Positions 28,151 to 32,000 of a stretch of 32,000 bases of DNA are shown one piece after another. Every line of letters begins with the position of its first letter. The first letter of the stretch is position 1. Both the position numbers and the translations under genes were made by a program. The notes under the pieces are model-generated. The model was not told where the DNA came from and did not search any database. It worked only from the letters and a program-made list of their open reading frames with translations. Location of the stretch: positions 54,745 through 86,744 of the forward strand of contig CALIKS010000001.1 in NCBI GenBank assembly GCA_938017985.1. The letters run 5' to 3'. This DNA is from an uncultured archaeon (lineage in GTDB: Archaea; Thermoproteota; Nitrososphaeria_A; Caldarchaeales; Calditenuaceae).

Positions 28151-29464
28151 TTGTCTCCAATAAGGATAATTGAGCCTCCTCGAGGGATGGACGACATATT
28201 ACCAGAAGATTTCGACCTAATCAACCAAATTATCCAAGCAGTCAGAAAATTATTCAAGCTTTATGGATACTGCGAGATAGAGACGCCACCTGTTGAGTAT
28301 TATGAAATATTTGCCGCGAAATCCGGCGAAGAGATACTTGAACACATGTATGTATTTACTGATAGGCATAACCGAAGGCTAGTTCTTAGGCCTGAGATGA
28401 CGGCTCCGGTAGCAAGGCTCGTTGCTGGGAAGCTTAGCCGAAGACCACTCCCACTTCGTCTCGGATATATAGCTGACTGTTATAGACTCGACGAGCCGCA
28501 ATGGGGTAGAAGACGAAGATTCTATCACGGTGGGTTCGAGCTTTTTGGTTCTAGAGAACCAATAGCGGACGTAGAGATCTTACAAGTAGTGAGCGAGTTC
28601 TTTAGAAATCTCAACATTGCTGGTTACTCATTTAAAATTGGTCATGTAGGTATTCATAGGTCCCTTATGGATGAGGCAGGAATAAATGAGGATGAACAAG
28701 ACAGAATATTATCGTTAATAGACCGAGGAAGAGTGGACGATGCAATAGAGCTTGCAAGAAAAAATGCCAAGGACTCCGCCCCTCTAAAGACAATGGAAGA
28801 ACTAATCTCCTTGAGGCCCGATAAGGCAGGGAAGATTATAACTAATGTAATCAATATGATGGATAGATATGAAAAAGTAAGAAGTGCAGCCTTCAACTTA
28901 CTGGAGATTGTTGAACTAGCTTCAAAAGTAATTGACGACGACATTCTTATTTATCATCCTGGTTTTTCAAGAGGACTTGGCTACTATACCGGTTTAATCT
29001 TTGAGGTCTATGGTCCATTGGCAGACATAGCCCTTGCCGGAGGCGGTAGATATGACAAGCTTGTTGAACTATTCGGTGGAAGACCAATTCCAGGCGTGGG
29101 AGCAGCCATTGGGATTACAAGAGTGTATCAATACCTAAGTGATAGACTCGGAAGGGTTGGTAAGACTCCGCCGCCTGAGGTTCATATAGCCCCACTGACC
29201 AAGAATGCATGGAGCATTTCACTACTTGTTTCAAGAAGACTAAGGGAAGAAGGTATAGCCACAGAAGTAGAGGTATCCTCAAAAAATATTTCAGACATTA
29301 TTAAAACATGTGAGAGAAGAGGCATTAGATTTTTAGTCATTCTTGGAGATAGAGAGGTTGAGCAATCACAAATCACATTAAGAGACCTAGATAAGAGAGA
29401 ACAAATCAATATTCCTATAGTAGAAATAGAAAGGGCAATCAGAATTATTAAGGAGGGAAAATGA
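28151..29464 (+). CDS. hisS: Histidyl-tRNA synthetase
   Basis: 437-aa ORF with a TTG start. Contains PRGMDDILPED, LRPEMTAPVARL, the motif 2 region YRLDEPQWGRRRRFYHGGFELFG, SRGLGYYTGLIFEV, motif 3 GGGRYDKLVELFGG, and a C-terminal anticodon-binding domain. Confidence 0.9.
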   Translation: MSPIRIIEPPRGMDDILPEDFDLINQIIQAVRKLFKLYGYCEIETPPVEYYEIFAAKSGEEILEHMYVFTDRHNRRLVLRPEMTAPVARLVAGKLSRRPLPLRLGYIADCYRLDEPQWGRRRRFYHGGFELFGSREPIADVEILQVVSEFFRNLNIAGYSFKIGHVGIHRSLMDEAGINEDEQDRILSLIDRGRVDDAIELARKNAKDSAPLKTMEELISLRPDKAGKIITNVINMMDRYEKVRSAAFNLLEIVELASKVIDDDILIYHPGFSRGLGYYTGLIFEVYGPLADIALAGGGRYDKLVELFGGRPIPGVGAAIGITRVYQYLSDRLGRVGKTPPPEVHIAPLTKNAWSISLLVSRRLREEGIATEVEVSSKNISDIIKTCERRGIRFLVILGDREVEQSQITLRDLDKREQINIPIVEIERAIRIIKEGK

Positions 29465-29467
29465 CCT

Positions 29468-30283
29468 TTGCTTCACACAGAGCTAATGATTGAATCATTA
29501 GTTATCGTATCGATTCTTACAATTTTATCGATAAGGCTAAAAGTCCTCGACATGTATGGAGGAATAACTGCTGCTATCATTGGAATGATTGTATATCAGA
29601 CAGTCGGTAGACTGGGGATTCTCTCACTGTGCATCTTCTTGCTAGTTTCTGGATTAGCAACCAGGGTTGGATATGAATACAAAAAAAGTATAGGAGTCAT
29701 AGAGTCAAAATCAGGGATAAGAGGATTTCGAAACGTAATAGGAAATGGATTAGTCGCAGCAATAATCAGCATTATATACTCTATTAATTATGAACATTCA
29801 GGGATATTTTTAGCGGGATTTCTAGGCTCTGTATCCGCAGTCTTTGCCGACACGCTAGCCACGGAGATCGGATTGCTATATAAAGGAAAACCTAGACTAA
29901 TAATTGGATTAAAAAAGACTATGCCAGGGACACCTGGAGGCGTAACTACATATGGCTATGCCGGGGCTCTATCTTCCTCATTAATTTTAATTATTGCTCT
30001 AACACCTTTTCTGATTAATAATAATTTACTAGGCATGAAGAAAGCGGCATTAATTATTTTGCTCTCAGGAATAGGAGGCACAACCATTGATAGTATTGCT
30101 GGACAACTGCTTCAAGCAACTTATAAGTGCATAATTTGTGGAATAACTACAGAGTATCCATTCCACTGCGGTGAAAAATGCGAAAAAATTAAGGGTAACA
30201 GCTACGTAAATAATCATCTAGTAAATATAATTTGTTCAGCAGCAGGCGTGGCGATCGGAATGATTGGCTATGAAATATTTTAA
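29468..30283 (+). CDS. DUF92/TMEM19-family integral membrane protein with an embedded Cys4 motif
   Basis: 271-aa polytopic membrane ORF. GNGLVAAI, FADTLATEIG and PGGVTTYG resemble DUF92 conserved motifs from memory. CIICG-x10-HCGEKC lies before the last TM segment. The start is TTG at 29468 or ATG at 29486. Confidence 0.7.
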   Translation: MLHTELMIESLVIVSILTILSIRLKVLDMYGGITAAIIGMIVYQTVGRLGILSLCIFLLVSGLATRVGYEYKKSIGVIESKSGIRGFRNVIGNGLVAAIISIIYSINYEHSGIFLAGFLGSVSAVFADTLATEIGLLYKGKPRLIIGLKKTMPGTPGGVTTYGYAGALSSSLILIIALTPFLINNNLLGMKKAALIILLSGIGGTTIDSIAGQLLQATYKCIICGITTEYPFHCGEKCEKIKGNSYVNNHLVNIICSAAGVAIGMIGYEIF

Positions 30284-30307
30284 TTCACGGTTAGTATTCT
30301 AATATTT

Positions 30308-31720
30308 TTAGGCTTGTTCAGCTCTTTTATAATGCACCTTGATATATTCAGGCCTAATCTTGGTCAGTTCAGCTTCAGGAAGGTACGATAAGATCTCCCA
30401 TGCAATCTCGAGCGACTCATCAAGCGACCGATTTTCATCCTTATCTTGGCTTAAGAATCGTTGTTCGAATACGTCGCCGAATTCGAGATATCTTAAGTCA
30501 GTACCTGTAAGTCCTGACTTTCCCACGATTTCTGCTAGTGACCTCAGTTGAACTGCACGAGAATATGAGGCATAAAGCTGGTTACTCACTTCTCCATGGT
30601 CCGGCCTAGTTTTCTTAGGAGCAATGATACCCGGGCCCATCAGTCTACTAAGAGACATAAGAACATTAATAGGTGGATAAATTCCCTTTCTATAAATTTC
30701 TCTTCCTAATACAATCTGTCCCTCGGTTATGTATCCAGTGAGGTCTGGTATTGGATGCGTGATATCATCACTCGGCATGCTTAGAATAGGCATCTGGGTT
30801 ACGCTTCCTTTACGGTTCTTGATTCTGCCAGCTCTTTCATAAATCGATGCCAAGTCAGTATACATGTATCCGGGATATCCCTTCCTACCCGGAACTTCTT
30901 CCCTTGCGGCACTTATCTCCCTGAGCGCCTCGCAATAATTAGTCATGTCTGTTAGGATAACGAGTATGTGGTAACCCTCCTCAAAGGCCAGGTATTCAGC
31001 AAGGGTCAAGGCTACCCTAGGAGTAATTATCCTCTCGACAGCTGGGTCATCAGCAAGATTAAGAAAGAGTGCAGATCTATTAAGTGCTCCACTCTCTTCA
31101 AGACTTGTCTTAAAGTACCTTGCCTCGTCGTTCTGTACTCCTATAGCCGCGAAGATGACTGCAAATTCCTCCTCTTCTCCGGGCACCGTTGCTTGTCTCG
31201 CTATCTGCGCGGCCAGCGTGTTGTGAGGCATGCCCGAGCCGCTGAATATTGGTAGTTTTTGGCCCCTTACTAGGCTGTTCATTACATCAATAGCAGATAT
31301 GCCAGTCTGAATAAAATCGCTTGGATAATCTCTCTCCTCGGGATTAATTGGCTCACCGTTAATATCTCTGAATTCAGTAGTCACGGGTGGGGGCAGCTCA
31401 TCTATCGGCCTACCTAGACCGTCAAAAACTCTACCCAACATATCTGTCGATACTCCAAGCTTCATTGTTGTTCCAAGGAATCTAGCCTTAACGCCCTCGA
31501 TTGATAGTCCATGCGTGCCCTCAAATACCTGTATGACTGCTCTTCCATGACCTATCTCTAACACTCGTCCTAGCCTTGTCTCGCCAGTCTGCGTCTCTAC
31601 CTCTACAAGCTCATCATAGGACGCATTCCACACATTATCTACAACGATCAATGGTCCCCTAATTTCATAGATGCTGGTGTACTCAACGCCTAACTGACGA
31701 GAAAAACCTCGCTCCATCAC
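30308..31720 (-). CDS. atpB: A/V-type ATP synthase subunit B
   Basis: 470-aa ORF with [10 protein letters not shown], the degenerate P-loop region [19 protein letters not shown] characteristic of the non-catalytic B subunit, and [44 protein letters not shown]. Confidence 0.96.
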   Translation of the reverse strand: MMERGFSRQLGVEYTSIYEIRGPLIVVDNVWNASYDELVEVETQTGETRLGRVLEIGHGRAVIQVFEGTHGLSIEGVKARFLGTTMKLGVSTDMLGRVFDGLGRPIDELPPPVTTEFRDINGEPINPEERDYPSDFIQTGISAIDVMNSLVRGQKLPIFSGSGMPHNTLAAQIARQATVPGEEEEFAVIFAAIGVQNDEARYFKTSLEESGALNRSALFLNLADDPAVERIITPRVALTLAEYLAFEEGYHILVILTDMTNYCEALREISAAREEVPGRKGYPGYMYTDLASIYERAGRIKNRKGSVTQMPILSMPSDDITHPIPDLTGYITEGQIVLGREIYRKGIYPPINVLMSLSRLMGPGIIAPKKTRPDHGEVSNQLYASYSRAVQLRSLAEIVGKSGLTGTDLRYLEFGDVFEQRFLSQDKDENRSLDESLEIAWEILSYLPEAELTKIRPEYIKVHYKRAEQA

Positions 31721-31840
31721 ATGTTCAATTTATAAAGAAATATTCACACTAAATAACCTTATGTTTTCATAATAGCCATGGACCAGATGAAAATTCAATA
31801 TTTATCTAAGGTTTGATTGACTTAATATGGAAAAGAAGAG

Positions 31841-32000
31841 ATGTCAGTATCATTCGGCGGGGGCTACCTAAAGACAAAACTAGAACTAATAAGGCTCAAA
31901 AGATCCGTACGCGTGGCCGAACGTGTCTACAAAATTCTTGAAGATAAACGAGATGTTTTAGTCGCACGTCTAAATGAACTTATCGAGCAGGCACAACGAC
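31841..32000 (+). CDS. atpD: A/V-type ATP synthase subunit D, N-terminal 53 aa (runs off the window end)
   Basis: Manual translation from ATG at 31841 gives MSVSFGGGYLKTKLELIRLKRSVRVAERVYKILEDKRDVLVARLNELIEQAQR. The pattern (TK.EL..LK......A..G...L..KRD.L) matches the N-terminal helix of subunit D. The ATG at 31827 is in another frame and stops after 14 codons. Confidence 0.75.
   Translation, partial: MSVSFGGGYLKTKLELIRLKRSVRVAERVYKILEDKRDVLVARLNELIEQAQR

Noticed and set aside
28151-29464. The possibility that the HisRS-like gene is the HisZ regulatory paralogue, because motif 2 deviates (YRLDEPQ, RFYHGG).
   Set aside because: The protein keeps LRPEMT, RGLGYYTG, motif 3 GGGRYD and a full C-terminal anticodon-binding domain, all of which HisZ proteins lack. 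No his-biosynthesis genes are adjacent.

Overview
This is a densely packed archaeal chromosomal segment. Reverse gyrase marks a hyperthermophile. Other lineage evidence includes A-type ATP synthase subunits I, B and D, an intron-containing tRNA-Tyr with a C1-G72 pair, and a Sulfolobus-type two-subunit 2-oxoacid:ferredoxin oxidoreductase. Codon usage is rich in AGA/AGG/ATA, and TATA-like boxes sit about 25-30 nt upstream of many starts. Together these fit Thermoproteota (Crenarchaeota) best; the species cannot be named from the sequence alone. I can support about 29 protein-coding genes and 3 tRNAs (Asn-GTT, Thr-TGT, Tyr-GTA with a 50-nt intron). Gene content is mostly housekeeping: sugar-nucleotide modification, CoA and NAD biosynthesis, a DtxR-FeoA-FeoB iron-uptake operon, Hsp20, a KdaD-like dehydratase plus aldehyde dehydrogenase pair, IPMDH-family dehydrogenase, Dph6-like and TtuA-like PP-loop enzymes, HisRS and reverse gyrase. 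I saw no CRISPR array, transposase, integrase or recognisable defence island, so I cannot claim a clear novel multi-gene system. The most unusual items are these. (1) The conserved N-terminus of a GlmU-like transferase is encoded upstream of its first ATG, in frame with and directly after the TAG stop of the preceding aminotransferase, with no ATG/GTG/TTG available. (2) An atypical AEP primase-like protein lacks a zinc knuckle and carries a Cys-free C-terminal extension of about 190 aa. (3) A perfect 26-bp palindrome overlaps the dtxR-feoAB promoter. (4) An orphan DNA methyltransferase abuts tRNA-Tyr. (5) The first ~8 kb is more GC-rich than the rest.
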